From NCBI GenBank assembly GCA_043228905.1, contig JBHGNT010000001.1, positions 12,586,001-12,650,000 on the forward strand: a DNA stretch of 64,000 bases. The letters are read 5' to 3'. Below are positions 49,050 through 63,121 of the stretch, in pieces. Below the pieces are notes generated by a model, which was not told the DNA's origin, ran no database searches, and saw only the letters and a list, made by a program, of their open reading frames with translations. This stretch comes from Azolla caroliniana. Lineage: Eukaryota > Plantae > Polypodiophyta. A program made the position numbers and the translations under genes. Each line of letters begins with the position of its first letter. The stretch's first letter is position 1.

Positions 49050-50130
49050 ACCTAATTATTTAACATTAGTGATCAAGGCCCACAATTCATCTCAAAATTT
49101 TGGAAACACTTTCTTGGGCTCCTCCCAATTGATTGTAAACTCTCTTTAAGCTATCATCCAAAAACTGATGCTCAAACCGAATGAACCAAACAAACCTTGG
49201 AATAGTATCTTCGTTATTTTATCAAATATCAACAAGATGATGGGTTGACTATTTGCATTTTTCAGAGTTTACTTAGACAATAATTCAATTCATTCTTCTA
49301 TCAAATTTACTCCTTTCTTTGCCAACATAGGTGTCTATCCCATCACTATCCACTTGACTCATCACTAGAAAGACCTAAATTTCGACTTGGAGATCATGTA
49401 TAGCTCTTATGATGTAATGTAAAGACCAACAAGCCTGGTAACAAGTTGGATTATCAATGTCTTGGCCCATATGTAATCACTAAACATATTGTTGACATAA
49501 AAGGCCGACTCCTTCCAAATTGTATCCTTAACGATGAACATGTTCTCAAGTTAGGGCTTGAGTATATAAGCCCAACTATAACATTGTAAACAGTGTGTGT
49601 GAGGGAGAGTTTTACAAAAGAGAAATAAGAGTTTTCCATTAGAGCTACAACTGAGATCTCTTGCTTCTTGCATATTGTGCACATTATACTTCTCTGTCTT
49701 ATACATGTTGTTTGCTTGACATCACCTTGCAGGTTCTCACATATTATTCCGCATTATCTTTAACAATGTTACTTTTTGTCTTGATCTCTCTCTTGGTACG
49801 TGTCTTCGTCCAATGTTCTGTGTATCACTCTTGGAACCTTATGTTTCAAACTCTATTCTAGATTGTGTTCCCCCTTCATCTCCTGAGCTTGATGAAGGTC
49901 CAAAATATGAGGTGAAAACCATTTTGGTATACAAAGTTGTGCACAAAAAATTGTATTATTTTGTTGATTGGTTGGGTTATACACTTGCGGATCGAACATG
50001 GGAGCCAACTGAAAATCTCAATAATGCCAAAGAACTTGTAGCTAATTTCATCATCGATATCCGAATAAGCCAAGTCCTAGTTCGTATATTGCGACTCGTG
50101 GAACTCGTCGTCAAAAGACGGGAATAATGT
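49050..50130 (+). pseudogene. Chromovirus integrase and chromodomain remnant, with a small LTR-like insertion ~49490-49765
   Basis: SDQGPQFISKFW, YHPKTDAQTE, chromodomain YEVKTIL...YFVDWLGY...TWEPTENL. PPT-like aaaagacgggaataa then TG at ~50128. Confidence 0.75.
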
Positions 50131-51767
50131 TATGAACATATACCAAAACTTCAAACTTGTAATAGAAATTTGAACCAGTAACTTTTTCGAAGAAGATGTG
50201 TAACTATCCTCAACAACTAGGATAGATTATATTGTACATATTACTTCTTTCACTAGATCAGTAGGATACATATACAATATTATGAAATGTCACCATCTCG
50301 CATGGGCTAACACATGATCACCAAATATCATGCTTGCATGAATGTCAAGTGGCGATCATGCGTGCCTACGATAATACAATCTACCTATCAATATATATCT
50401 CTAGTCTCCACCATTCATTTCCCGTGCATGCTATGAGGGGTGCAAATATAATGATCCTACCCTCTTGATATCAAGAGTAAATGATGATGATGTTTCTAGT
50501 CTACATGAATTATTGGTAGAAGAAATGATGGTGTAATAGGCCCATACGCCATTCAAGTTGGATATTGGAGAATGGAGAGAAAGTTACCAATTTTCATGAT
50601 GTATAAAATGTAGAAAAATCAATGTGTTTACGTGGACTTTCTATGAATGATACCCATATTTCTTTGAATATAATACGTACAAAATGTCTTTAAAAACCAT
50701 GTAAGTTTAGTTATTGTCCCATGGTTATACGTTCATAAGTGATTTCCTAAGCCCTACCCTTGAAGACTCAAAAAATTCACTATGTAAACCTTCATATTGT
50801 ATATATTCTAGGATTGTTTTCAAAATGTCTAAATTTTTTAAATCTCTCACGAATTAAATTGTATCCTTTCATAGCTTTTATTATCCTTTTGGGAAATGTC
50901 ATAGAGACTCCTTGAGCCATGCCACTTTCCAACACATTTCAATCTCTTGTACCTCATTTAAGAATGCAAATGTTGATTGCATGTTATGAACTTTTATACA
51001 TGCACAAAATGTGTCTTTTGTGTGTACACCTTAATGCACAAAATACAAACGACAACTCCATTGCATTGACAATTGTATTGTATGTTGATGTTAATGTCTC
51101 CTTCTTTCTCTTTGTTTGATTCTCAATAGGGATGTTTCCATTTTTCTTTATTGAATAATTGTCTAGTTTTCTAAAAGAAAAGAATATTGAATTACAAAAG
51201 ACAGAAACACTCTATAAGTTCAATGAAGAAAGAGGAAAAGAACAATTGGTAGAGAAGTGAGAGGAAAAGAATTAGCATGATGTTCATATCAAAGGAAATG
51301 GAAAAGAAGTGGGAAAGAAGGATAATTGCCAAAGAAGTCAAAGAAAAATGATGTTCATATAAAAAGAAATGGATATTTTGTAAAGAAGTATGGGGAAAAG
51401 AGATGGTTGTTAAGAGTAGTAAGAGGAAAAGGATAGTTGCTACAACCGTCAAAAGAAAAGATAGCTTGTAAAAATATGAGGGAAATGGATAGTTGTTAGA
51501 GTAGTGGGAGGAAAAAGTTATTTGCTAGAGGAGATAGATGGAAAGGACATTGCTAGAGTTGACGGAAAAAGATACTTACTAAAGTAGACGGAGGAAGATG
51601 TTAGTTGGTAAAGAAGTGGGAGGAAAGGAATAGTTTGGATGAGTAATGGGAGGGAAAGGATAGAAGTCAAAGCAAAATGATGACTGAGAAAGAGAAAGTT
51701 TAGGAGAAAGATTGGTATGGTATTAAGGGTCTATGGAAATATGCATAATAGGAGATATGTGTGTGTG

Positions 51768-51805
<38 letters not shown>

Positions 51806-51812
<7 letters not shown>

Positions 51813-53973
51813 TTGGGGGCATGATGCGAGAGGTGTTGGTGTGTGGAGTGGGAAGTGTAGTGGGGGGTTTGATGTTTGGGGCCATGCATGTGACTTGGGA
51901 GGTGACATGGTATTTAGGTTTGTGCCTCTTAGAGTGCTTGGGACAAGTACGCCGCCTTGGTCCCACCACAAATCGCCTCTTCCTTCGCCCCTCCCTCCTT
52001 GATGCCATTGCCGTTTGTGTTGCCCCCATGCCCCTTGCTACCCTCACCACCTTCTGCAGGTAGGCTACATGTCCACCACCTAGTTATTATGACATTGATG
52101 TTTAACAAAATGACACAAAACCTCTAGCATCAAGATTATTGTATGCATTCATTTCTCTTTTTCTTTGGTTAATTAAAACTACCAACCTTGAGAAATTAAA
52201 TTGAACTAATATTATTTTAAAACAAATGAGGATTATTTTCACTACACAGGATACTGATGCATTAATCCATTATAACCCTCTTGTTTTACTTCTAGTATCC
52301 AAACTAATGAGGCCTTGATTGAAGAGGTTGAGCATATATTTGAATGCCATTCTACAGAATTATGCTTTATGACTAGAGTTGATAAATTGCCGTTATAATT
52401 ATTCATTGCACCTAGAACACCTTAGACAAACATCCATTTTTATATTTTAACTTGATCATGCATTTCCATTTTCCATAACTAACCTTTTATCTTTGTCTTC
52501 TGAGTTCAAGGTCTTGTTCGTAATCACCACCGTTTATCTTTAGCTTTCATAGTTTGGAAATCTTTCGTCCATGTGTCAGCACAATGAGTACACCTTGATC
52601 TCCTAGGGTCTAATTCTATGTTGCAAATAGCTGTCATTTTTTAACTATATCCTGGTCATTTTTTATTGTCATGGGGTTTCCATATCAACCTCTAGGCCCT
52701 TCAACTAGCCAAACATTAGGAGCTATTTCTAGTTCAATGGCTAATTTTCAAAGATTTTAATGAAATTTTGCTAGATTCGCTTATGCTTATGTTTAAAATT
52801 TTAAAATTTTAGCGCAAACTATGTTGTGATTAATATTAAGAAAGTCAAATTGTTCTCTTATGAGTTGTATATTATCCTATGTACATTGTCTTAACTAATG
52901 GAAGTAGTATATTTTTTGATAAAAATAATAAAAATAATAAAATTGTTCCCTTATTTTCAATTCTTCGAAGGTTTATTAACCTATAAATTTGCCCATTGAA
53001 CCATTTATAAAATGATAATGCATTTTGCTAGATTGGTTCAAGCTTTATCCTAAATTTTTGGTGCATACTATACTCCAATTAACATTGAGAAAGTTAAATC
53101 ATATCCTTATTTTCAATACTTCCAAATGTTATTAACCTATAAATGTGCCCTTTGAACTACTTAAATTATTTAAGTTCAAGATGTTCCTTTTTCTTTAACT
53201 CTACTTTTTTATGTTATGAACTAATTTTTAGTTTTCTGTCAAGTCCAACAAAAATCTGATTTTAGCAACTATTATCATTATTATTGTACTCACACATGTA
53301 TTTATGTACATCACTATTAAGTGGTGAAGTAATAATGCATGGATCACCAACTTTACTATTTCTTACAATCCTTATTTCAATTTATTGACTCTAGAGAGAC
53401 TTGTTACAATCCTTATTTCAATTTTTTGTTTTCTCCAGGGAGACTTACTTCTATAATTGGGAATTTTCTTGGGATATAAAAGGGGCTATTATGTTCACAT
53501 GGTGTGTAATGATCTTGCATGATGCATACTTTTGGCTTGTGCACACATGTATGCATTACTTCAAAACTTTGTATTGCACTCTACACCAAAAGCATCATGC
53601 AACTGGTGGAGATATCACAGTGTTCAACACGGCTCATGGTGAGATTTGGGATGTGGGATTAACTATCACACCATTCTACATGATGTTATTCCTATGGGTC
53701 CATTGTACTCGTATATGGAATCCATTATATTACATGCTCCTTTTGTTTGCAATCAATAATGTTAACTTAATGGGTCATTGTGGTTACGATTTGCCTCCAT
53801 GGGTATATGGTCCTGCTTCATTGGGTGCTCTTCTTTTCCCAGGGGCACAAAGGCCCCTACATCATTACCTCCATCATATCGACCCACGTGTTAATCGAGC
53901 TCTCTACTTCACATGGTGGGATAGACTTACAAGTACTTACCTTGATGTCCACCCGAAATTGCACCTTTCGTAA
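51806..53973 (+). CDS. Fatty acid hydroxylase / sterol desaturase superfamily protein, 262 aa; exons 51806-52059 and 53439-53973
   Basis: Histidine boxes HTCMH, HQKHH, HCGY and HHYLHH; YFTWWDRL tail; hydrophobic segments. Donor AG|GTAGGC and pyrimidine-rich CCAG acceptor are phase-compatible. (GA)n lies just before the ATG. Confidence 0.8.
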
Positions 53974-55538
53974 TTCCATCAATAAAATTTGTAAACTGTT
54001 TAAAATGTTATTACTATTCTTATTGTAAAATGTTTAAAATCAATAAACATCTTATTCAAATGAGTCTTCTTTTTATTGTAGCCATAAATAAATTCCTTTT
54101 TATCAACAGTGAACACCTTTCGTGATTGTTAATACATAAATATATTATATGTGTAGGCTGCAGCTATCTATACATTTGTGGATGGGAAAGAAAGTATACC
54201 CAAAACCATCCCTAAAGGCCAATTACTTAAAATTTGGATAATTCAAAGTTGAGCAAAGACTAAACCGTCACACACAAAACTCACAACTAAGGGAAAACTA
54301 ATGTGTTACATTTGTCATCAACATAAAGAGGAACATCTATCATGTCTACCTTTATGACTTTCACAAGTTGGGGCTCATGCTTGATAAAATATCCATAACC
54401 TTGGACAAAAATAATAATGAAGTCCAATGTGCCCATCTTAATGTCCAACATATGGAGCCCCATGCCTAGCTTTTCGTTTCCATCTTTTAATGTAAAGAAA
54501 GAGATATTATGACTCTCACAAAGGCATTAAAGTTGACATTATGCACATTCAGTGGCCGCTCTCATTCATTTCAATGTCATCCGAAAATCCTTAGGAACTC
54601 CGTATCCAATTCATCCTCAAAAGTTGTCACACAAAGTGACTCGCTGGAATTATGAAATAATTATTTTCAATTGTTAATCTAACCACTTGGATGGCACCAA
54701 GAATGGTGTTGTGGCCGATAATTGACCAAATTGGTCACCCATGACTAATTATGGGTTATCTTGTGCTAGGACTTTAAGTTATATTTCATCAACTTAAAGG
54801 TAATAATTTTATCTTTATTTATCTTTATTCTTGGAAAGAACAAGTTTTTTTGAGTCCACAAGCTCTCTCTTGATGAACATATACAAAAATACTCTTATAT
54901 ATAGAACTTGCCCTACATCATAAGAGGGAGAGATTTAACCTAATTCTTAGTCTTTAGTAAAAAATCCTTTCTAAGTTTATTGTTGCAATGTGTCATTATT
55001 TAGGTGATTAACTACACATTCTAAAGTATATTTCATAGTGAATGGTAACAATAGAATTGTAGTCAAGAGGCAATGCTCATTTTACAAATGTAGATGTGTG
55101 CTATAAGGTCATTAATGCTTGTTCTTCTAGTATGATCATCAATAAATTAATGCTACTTATGTTTATCCATACAAACCACTATGTTAGAGGTTCATTACCT
55201 TCTTGACTGTTTCATATGCCCTAGTATTTCTAACCATGCTTGTGCCTTCAAATGATTCGATTCATCATCTCAAACTTGGTTTTAAACTATTTTCCTAGTC
55301 AACAAATATGTGGGATTGAAAACATATGATGTACGATTGCATGTGCTTGCAATTGCCATGCGACAATACATTGTTTTACTAGTTATGGGCTATGAAACAT
55401 ACACTCTACCTAAGTATCTATAGGAGTCCATAATAGGATCTTCTTAGGAACCTTCCATTTGGCATATAACTTATAATGGGGCACATGATAGAATATGTTT
55501 GTGAGCATATGTGATATGCTAAACTTTATGTTACCCTG

Positions 55539-56010
55539 TGTTACCCTTGGGGCCGGACTAGCCGTAACACAGGGTGTCCCTCTAGGACACTTCACCAAAG
55601 GGTGGTGGAAGTGGGGTAGGCGTAGACCGTGATCCAACGTATTCCTAACCGGTTATTAATCGGTGTGGTTAATGATCGCAATACACGCGTAAGATAGATT
55701 CTATTAAGCACAGAACGGTAATTAACTTAAAGCTTCAAAGATTAAACAAGATGTAGAAGAACAACACTTTCATTAATAAACCGCTATTTGATTACAATAT
55801 AACTGGGTCCTTTTATAGGTCATTGGCTCTAGGTACGAACCGGTGCCAACCAGCAACCGGCAACCGGCCACGAACCGGTCTGAATCCGGATCTGCATACT
55901 GATCCTGGGTCCGTCCGTTCGTTTCTCAAAATAATAATAGATAGTTCTAAAATAATTAACCCTTTCCCGTTCTAGACTTTATCCGGCTTTTAAGTCTTTG
56001 CCGGTCAACA
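55539..56010 (-). mobile_element. LTR related to the M family (solo LTR, or 3' LTR of O)
   Basis: TGTTGACCGGC...GGGTAACA on the minus strand, TATAAAAG near 55815. Shares blocks (acacttcaccaaagg, atacacgcgtaagata) with 876-1326. Confidence 0.7.
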
Positions 56011-56012
56011 CA

Positions 56013-57176
56013 TGGCACGTCCATGGGACAGTACATTGTACGTCGAATCCCACGGTTCGCCCTTAAATCTTCCTCCAAAATGTCCAGAATGCTCTGGTCC
56101 AAGGGTTCTAAAGGCTCATTGAGTAGTTGCTCTGTCGTCTGCTGCTACTGCTCCGGTCTCTACGGTTCCACTGGTCTGGAGACTTCCGGTTTTGGTTTTG
56201 TTGGTCCAGGCTCCTCTTGCGCCTACTACTCTGGTCTCTCCGGTTCCACTAGTCTCGGGGCTTCCGATACTGGTTCTGTGGGTTTGGGCTCCTCCTGCTG
56301 ATGGTTTCTGGTGTGCAGGTTTTCATCCTTCGGCTCCTCCTCTGGAGTTATGTTTGGTTGGCTTTCCCCAATTCCGGCTTCATTTGGCGCTTGCTCTAAA
56401 GACCGCTCTTCATCACTGATATTGATCGTCGCGGTTTTTCTAGCCACCTCTTGCCATCGTTGTTCTCGTTCATACCGCTCGAACTGGAGTTGTGTATCCA
56501 GCTGGTCGTCGTCCAACTGTTCCACCAATCGCCTCACCGTTGCCAATTGGTCCCCGGCTAACGATAAGAAGTCGTCCGACAATTCCTCCTTTATGGCTAC
56601 AATGTTCTCCTCGTCCAATTTATAGAAATCGTCACCATCCTTCCTCTGGTTCTCCGCATCCGCTCTCAGCAATTGTAACTCCGCTGCCTGCTTAGCCCAT
56701 TGAGACCACCATTGAACCGAACTTTCTTCCACCAATCTCTTCGTCCGGTCTCTCCATGTTTGCACCCGCCCCATCTTCGAACTATTCTCCGCGGCCTGTT
56801 TTTTGTCTTTCAATCGTAACTTGATAAGGCTCGCGGTTGCCTCTTCTTGGCTTCTGTAGTGCATGAGTTGTGTCTGATAGGTCATCTGAACTTTGTTCAG
56901 AGCCATTGTAACGCGTTCTCGATGACATCTTGTTTTAGCATCTCTGTCTTGTATATAATGAGGAAATCCGTAATATTTCTTCCACCGAATTGGCCCACTA
57001 TATCAATGATCCAGTCAATGACCTTGTTTAATCTTGTATCATTATCACGAGCTCTCATCATATGCTCGACAATAGCTACCAACTTTGCCACTTCGTCAAC
57101 TTGGATATTTGTCAAAGAAGCCATCTTCTATTCTTCTATTTCAAGCACTTGAATCCTTCCTACCGCCTCTTCACGT
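56013..57176 (-). pseudogene. Element O remnant: short decayed gag-like ORF related to Gypsy A/N gag N-terminus
   Basis: IVGQFGGRNITDFL..Y..EM aligns with TIGRFSGKDATKYL..Y..EM. 57160-57176 resembles the A post-PBS sequence. Confidence 0.55.
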
Positions 57177-60100
57177 TGTCGTGAAGAAAACTGGCCAGAA
57201 GCGGAATCGGCGAGGCAGGGCGCGTAAACTGGCCCTACACTCTTCTCGCCAGTTAATACCTTGTACATAGCTAGGAGTAGGACGGTGGGTGCAAAGAGAC
57301 TAGGTGTGACGCATTGAATGTCTAGGAAATCAAGGAGTATCTCTACCCAAAAGGACAGGGGATAAATTGATGAAAACAAGGGTGCGATGGCCGGCCTCGA
57401 CGGCCTATAAAAGGGAAGGAAGAGGGAAGATGAAGGTATCGTGTTTTTGGGAGTGAGGACGAAGTGCTGTCGGACTGGGACCGAGCTCTCTCCTCCATCG
57501 TTCGTCATTCTCTACAGGACATTGGACTGGGTTGCCTCTGCTTCGTGGACAGCCCGTGTGCTTCTGGCAGAGGCTCCACAGTGCAGTTGGGGCTGTGTCC
57601 GTGCGTGAGCATCATGTGTGTGTGTATTCGCCTGAGTTGGGTCCGTTGCCGGCTTGCCGGTTGTAATCAATATTGATTTTGTAATTAAGACTCTGTTCTC
57701 TCTCTCTCTTTCTCCCTCTGTGTTTCTGCAAGCGGCTCTCTCTCGCTCTTCTTTCTCACGCTCCTTGGTTCAAGGCCCCTGTGGTCCTGCCTCTTTCCGC
57801 ATGCGAAGAACGTAACAACTCGACATATTTGGTGAACCCGACGTGAAACAAGTGGCAAAGGAGTGAAGGATGAGGGGATCCGAGCTTGCTGAAGCTATGG
57901 CCGTAGCTGTCCATCGGCTAGTGAGCGCTCGCGAGGTAATGGGTTCCCTCGACAGGGCCATTGAGTCGATCGTCGGCACCATAGGTCGATTCGGTGGGAA
58001 GAATGCCACGAGCTACTGGGAGGCCTATCGGGCCGAAATGATCATGAGGGATATCTCGGTGGACAGGCGGTTGTCCGGATTCCCTCGGGTGGTGACGCCG
58101 AGCATCCACGCAGAGTTGCTCGAGGTGATGGCCGGATGCCAGACTTGGGAGGAGTTCGAGTTGCAGCTCCTTGAGATGTATGGATTCGATGACTTGCTTC
58201 GGCTGTCGAAGCGAGACTTCATGGCGTGGGTTGAGAGCCCTGGGAAGGGGAGGAACATGTCGGTGCTCCTCCAAGAGTTCGAGAAACGGTTCACACGGCT
58301 ATCAACGTTGGACCGGACCGTGCTCGACACAAGCCGGGTACTACTATTCGTCAAGTCGGTGGACGCCATGAACCGGGAGAAGGTGGGTCTCCTGTTGGAA
58401 ACGGATGAAGGGCTCACGACAGACTGGACCATGGTAAGGACGGTCTGCGGTCGTTTCGACAAGCGGCGCGAGTGGAATGACGAGGGCTTGTCGGTGGCAA
58501 GACCGGTCCCAGCGAGGGAGCTCGAGGTGTCGGTATCGGTATTGGCTAGGAAGGAAGAAACTCGGAGTTGGCTTGACACGGGCTCAGCCCCGAGCGGAGT
58601 GGTCAAAGGTCCCTTTGAAGGCCCGGCTCTAGAAGAGTTGTTGCAGATGGTGCGGGATCTCCAAATCGCACAGGCTCGGAGGGACAGTGGTGAGCAGTCT
58701 CGTGACCAAAGGCTGCCGGCGGGGCAACGGTGCATGTGGTGTGACGTAGTCGGCCACATCCGGAAAGAATGCGCGGATTTCGCCGAGGCACTCAGGACCA
58801 ACATGGTGTACCTCTAGAATGGGCGGGTGCACGCGAGCGAGACCCGGAAAGCCCTAGAGTTGAATACGGGGCGCGACGGAATGAAGTGGTTGATGGAAGA
58901 GGCCGCGACACGACATGTAGAGGCTGTTAACTACTTGGCATCGGCAGGAATCCAGGTCGGGGGCGATGAGGCCTGGAAAGCAAAGGACTCCAGATTTTGG
59001 CCGTTGGTGCTAGAGGGTCTCTCCGGAGTACGGCTGAAAAAGGAAGAGGCAGACCGCGCAGAACAGCGGATCCGAGAGGTCAGCGGATGGGACGACCCGG
59101 TGGAGGAAATGACTGGCCTCGTGGCAGCCGCATGCCAGAACTACGAGGTTCTGGTACAAGACAAGCGCGTGGGAAAGGCCAGAGGGGGCGACCCCTCGTA
59201 GCGGTACGAGACCCGGTTCGGACTGAAGCCGAATGAGGCTGCCAACGCTAGCGCACTGGAGAAGAAGAAGCAGGCCTGTTTCCGATTGAGCACCGAAATA
59301 GAGCGAACAACGGACCTGCGGAAGGTCTTGGAAGAGAGAATTCTTGACAACAAGGTCGAGTTGTCGTTACGGGAGGTATTGGGAATAGCCAAGAAGGAGT
59401 TCCACGACTCCATCGTGGACTTGGTGAAGCGGAAGAGGCTCTCGACAGAACCGGAGCCGGAGAGGACGGTGGAAGTGTGGATGACGCACTTAGAAGACAC
59501 AACCCTAGAGGACAAGTTGGCGGAAAGCCACTACGCGAAGCCGCATATGGCTAGGGCCACTACGGAAACCCTTGTTTGGGTCGGAGACGTCCAGGAGTCG
59601 GTGGTGGCATTAGTAGACCACAGTTCGGAGATTAACCTGATGTCTATGGACTTCTATAAAAGGGGGAAATGGCCGATCAACACCAAGCACGGGTGGAAGA
59701 TATGCACGGAGACTCGCGCTACAGAGGAGCTGCATGGTGCGTGCCCGAACGTACGCGTGAAGATCGGCGACGTCGAGATAGATCAACATTTCTTCGTGCA
59801 GGAGACTTCCTTGCACCCGGTAATTCTCGGCGAACCATACATCACGACAACACACATGGAGATGAAAGTACTGGACAACGGTTCCGCGTATGCGCGCGTC
59901 AAGAGCCAAGACGGTTGGCATTTTGTCCAATTCATGACAGTGCGACCCAACCACGAGTCCGGATAGCGAGACCCTCGGCGGCGACAGCCGAGGGGATTTT
60001 TAGAGAGGGCTATCAAGGTGTAGGGCCGCGATAGTCTGGACACCCCGGGAGAACCCCACACATGTATTATAGGTAGGAAATTTTGGCTCTCCGAAAACGG

Positions 60101-63100
60101 AGGATGTACGTTAACCGACATCAGTAGCCAGGAGAGGAAGCGGGCGGAGAGACGACTTAGGGCATGTGGAGTCCTCTCCCCCGACGAAGAAATTTGTGGC
60201 GCCATGGAGGCGGTCTCTTTTGACGACACCTTGGGCGACTTACGAAAGGTGGTCGGTGAAGGCCTTAGCGAAGACCGGACCGTTCCGGTTAGCTCGATGG
60301 GAATGTACGAAGTCATCGCGGACTTTGGGGAGAGGATCGGGCCGGATCGAACGTCCTGCGTAAGTACGAAGTACAAGACTGTGGACCGGAAGGTGAGGCC
60401 CGTCGTGGCACCTTTGCCGGAGGGCAGCGAGAAGCGTATAAAGGGGGTCGCGTCGGACCCGAGTTTACGGAATCCGGCCGGCATAGGACACCGGTTCACC
60501 GACATAACGCTACAGGAGCTCAAGGTTGGTGGGGGTGGGTTTCTACTGTCGGCGGAGGAGGACCGGTTTCGGAGGATGCTCGGAAGGCACGGGAAGGCCT
60601 TTGCATTCTCGTCGGAGCAGATCGGTTACGCAGACCCGACAATCGTCGAGCCAATTGTGATCTTCACGGTACCGCATGTGCCATGGAATCTCAAACCGAT
60701 TCCAGTGCCCAGAGCTCACATCCCGATGTTGATGGAGCTACTGAAGTAGAAGGTGGATATGGGCATCCTTGAACCGTCGAGTTCCCCATACTCGAATCTG
60801 TGGTTCACGGTGCCAGAGAAGAACGGCACGTTGCGCTTCATACAGGACCCGCAGCCGGTCAATAAGGTGACCATTCGAAACGCAGGTATCAGACCGACCA
60901 TTGACAAATTCATAGAGGCCTTCGTAGGGAGGTCGATCTACTTGGTTGGGGATCTGTACTCAGGGTACGATCAGTTCCAGCTGGCCGTAGAGAGCAGGGA
61001 TATCACAACGATGCGAACTCCTCTCGGCCTAGTTCGGATGTGTACCCTACCGCAAGGGGGAACGAACTCGGTGGCGCACATGGTGAATGCGATGAACAAG
61101 GTATTGAGGGACTGCATCCTGAACATCACCATGCCATTTTTGGATGACATCCCGATCAAAGGATATCCGGTGGAGGACAAGGACGAGTCTGTCGGGCCCG
61201 ATGGTTGCCAGAGGTTCGTAGTGGATCATATCCGCGACTGCGAGAAGGTGTTACAAAGACTCGAGAGCGCACGGCTCACCTTCTCCGGAGAGAAATCAGC
61301 ATTCAGACAGATGGAGATCCTGGTAGTCGGACACCTGTGCGGACCCTATGGTCGGAAACCATCCCCGGCAAAGGTAGAAGCCATCTCTGCGATGAAGGAT
61401 GATTGTGGGTCAGTTACGGAGGTCCGAAGGATCCTAGGGGCATGCACATTCTATCACATCTAGATTCCGCACTACACACATGTCGCGGAACCGCTCTACG
61501 GGCTATTGAAGAAAGGGCGTAGGTTCGAGTGGAGGACGGAGCACACGGAGTCGGTCTGGAGACTGAAGAAGGCGCTTGCTGCAGCACCGGCTCTTCGGAA
61601 AGCGGTTTACGGCAAGGAAGTCCCCATCTACGTAACGGTGGACACGAGCCCGACTGGGATCGGGTGGGTGGTCAGTCAGGAGGGCAAGGACGGCGTACGG
61701 TTCCCGATCCGGTTCGGGGCGAAGGTATTGAGCAAGCGACAGTGAGGATACGCCCAAGTTAAGTGCAAACTATGGGTTATCGTTTCGGCAGTTAAGGCTG
61801 ACAAGGACTATCTGATCGGGACGGAAGTGATCATCGAGACAGATTGCCTACCGATTCTGGGCATGGTCTCCGGATGCGCGAATTCGGACCTGGCGATGCT
61901 CAGGTGGATCGCGTACATCAAGACCCTGAACCTAGAGATCCGACACATCTCCGAGAAAGATAATGTCAAGCCTGATATGCTTTCAAGGGCGAGGTTTAGC
62001 GACGAGGGCGGCATGGTTTCGGATAACGAAGAAGTCGGCAAGGACTTCTTCGGGTCAGCCAACGTAACAACAAGAAAGGGGAGCACTCCGGCGCTAAACG
62101 AGTTCGACGAGAGCAAATACGATGGAGAGTGGCTCCGAATCGGGAGGTTCCTACGGACGATGACGCCGGACGCGGCATGGACGAGAGAAGAGGCCGGCCA
62201 GGTGCGGAAGAAGGCGTACCGGTTCTTCCTACGGGAAGGGCGCATATGGAAGGACCCGAAGAAGCGAAGAGGCACCCCACTCCGCGTAGTGGCGAGGGAG
62301 GACGACCAGAAAGTGCTGCTTATGGAGTACCACGAGAGTCCTTGGGCCGGACATTGCGGAACATGGGCCACATTCGAGAAGTTGAAGGGGAAGTACTAGT
62401 GGCCAGGACTATACCAGGACGTGCATCGGTTCGTAACGACTTGCGAAAGCTGTCAGATGCACTCCGTAGTCTGACATCGAGACGAGCTTCACCCGACCTA
62501 CCCTCCGACCATCCACTTCAAGTGGATGGTGGATCTGGTGACCATGTCGATGGGGGTAGGGCAGATGCGATATCTGGTGCTGGCTCGGGAGGACCTGACG
62601 AACCAGGTGGAAGGCCGAGCGTTGTAGAACAAAACGACCGCGTCCGTGTGCCGGTTTCTAATCGAAGACGTGGTATGTCGGTACGGGTGCGTCGGCAAGA
62701 TCGTGGCTAACTGCGGAGAACTAGACGCGCAAGAGGCTGAAGAGATGTTTGACCAGCTAGGGGTAAAACTCTCGCTCACCACAATGTACAATCCAGAGGC
62801 TAACGGGAAGGTGGAATGTGGACATGGACCGATCGTCAAAGTGTTAGTACGGGCGTGTGGAGGCCAGGTCGGAAACTGGCCGCGGCTCTTGCCCTATGCG
62901 TTGTGGGAGGACCAGACTACACACAGTTCGGTAACAGTGTTCATGCCGGCGGAACTAATGTACGGGCAGAAGCCGATCATGCCGGTGGAAAGGATGATTT
63001 CTTCGTGGGCCGTGGTGGGCTGGAAGGACGAAATGAGACGGGAAGAGTTGTTGGCGGCGCGGATCCAACAACTCGAGCGGAGGCCGGAGGATGTGGAACG

Positions 63101-63121
63101 GGCGAAGGAGAAGCTGCGCGC
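57177..63121 (+). mobile_element. Ty3/Gypsy element N, relative of A (5' LTR 57177-57825, PBS-Trp 57830-57846, decayed gag-pol from 57870), interrupted in integrase by M2
   Basis: TGTCGTGAAGAAAAC...CTCGACA. Proteins collinear with A; many TAG/TGA stops. Confidence 0.92.

Noticed and set aside
56013-56030. TGGCACGTCCATGGGAC as a tRNA-Arg PBS making 55539-56010 a plus-strand 5' LTR
   Set aside because: TATA orientation and the PBS position in M1/M2 put this LTR on the minus strand, and the match is imperfect.
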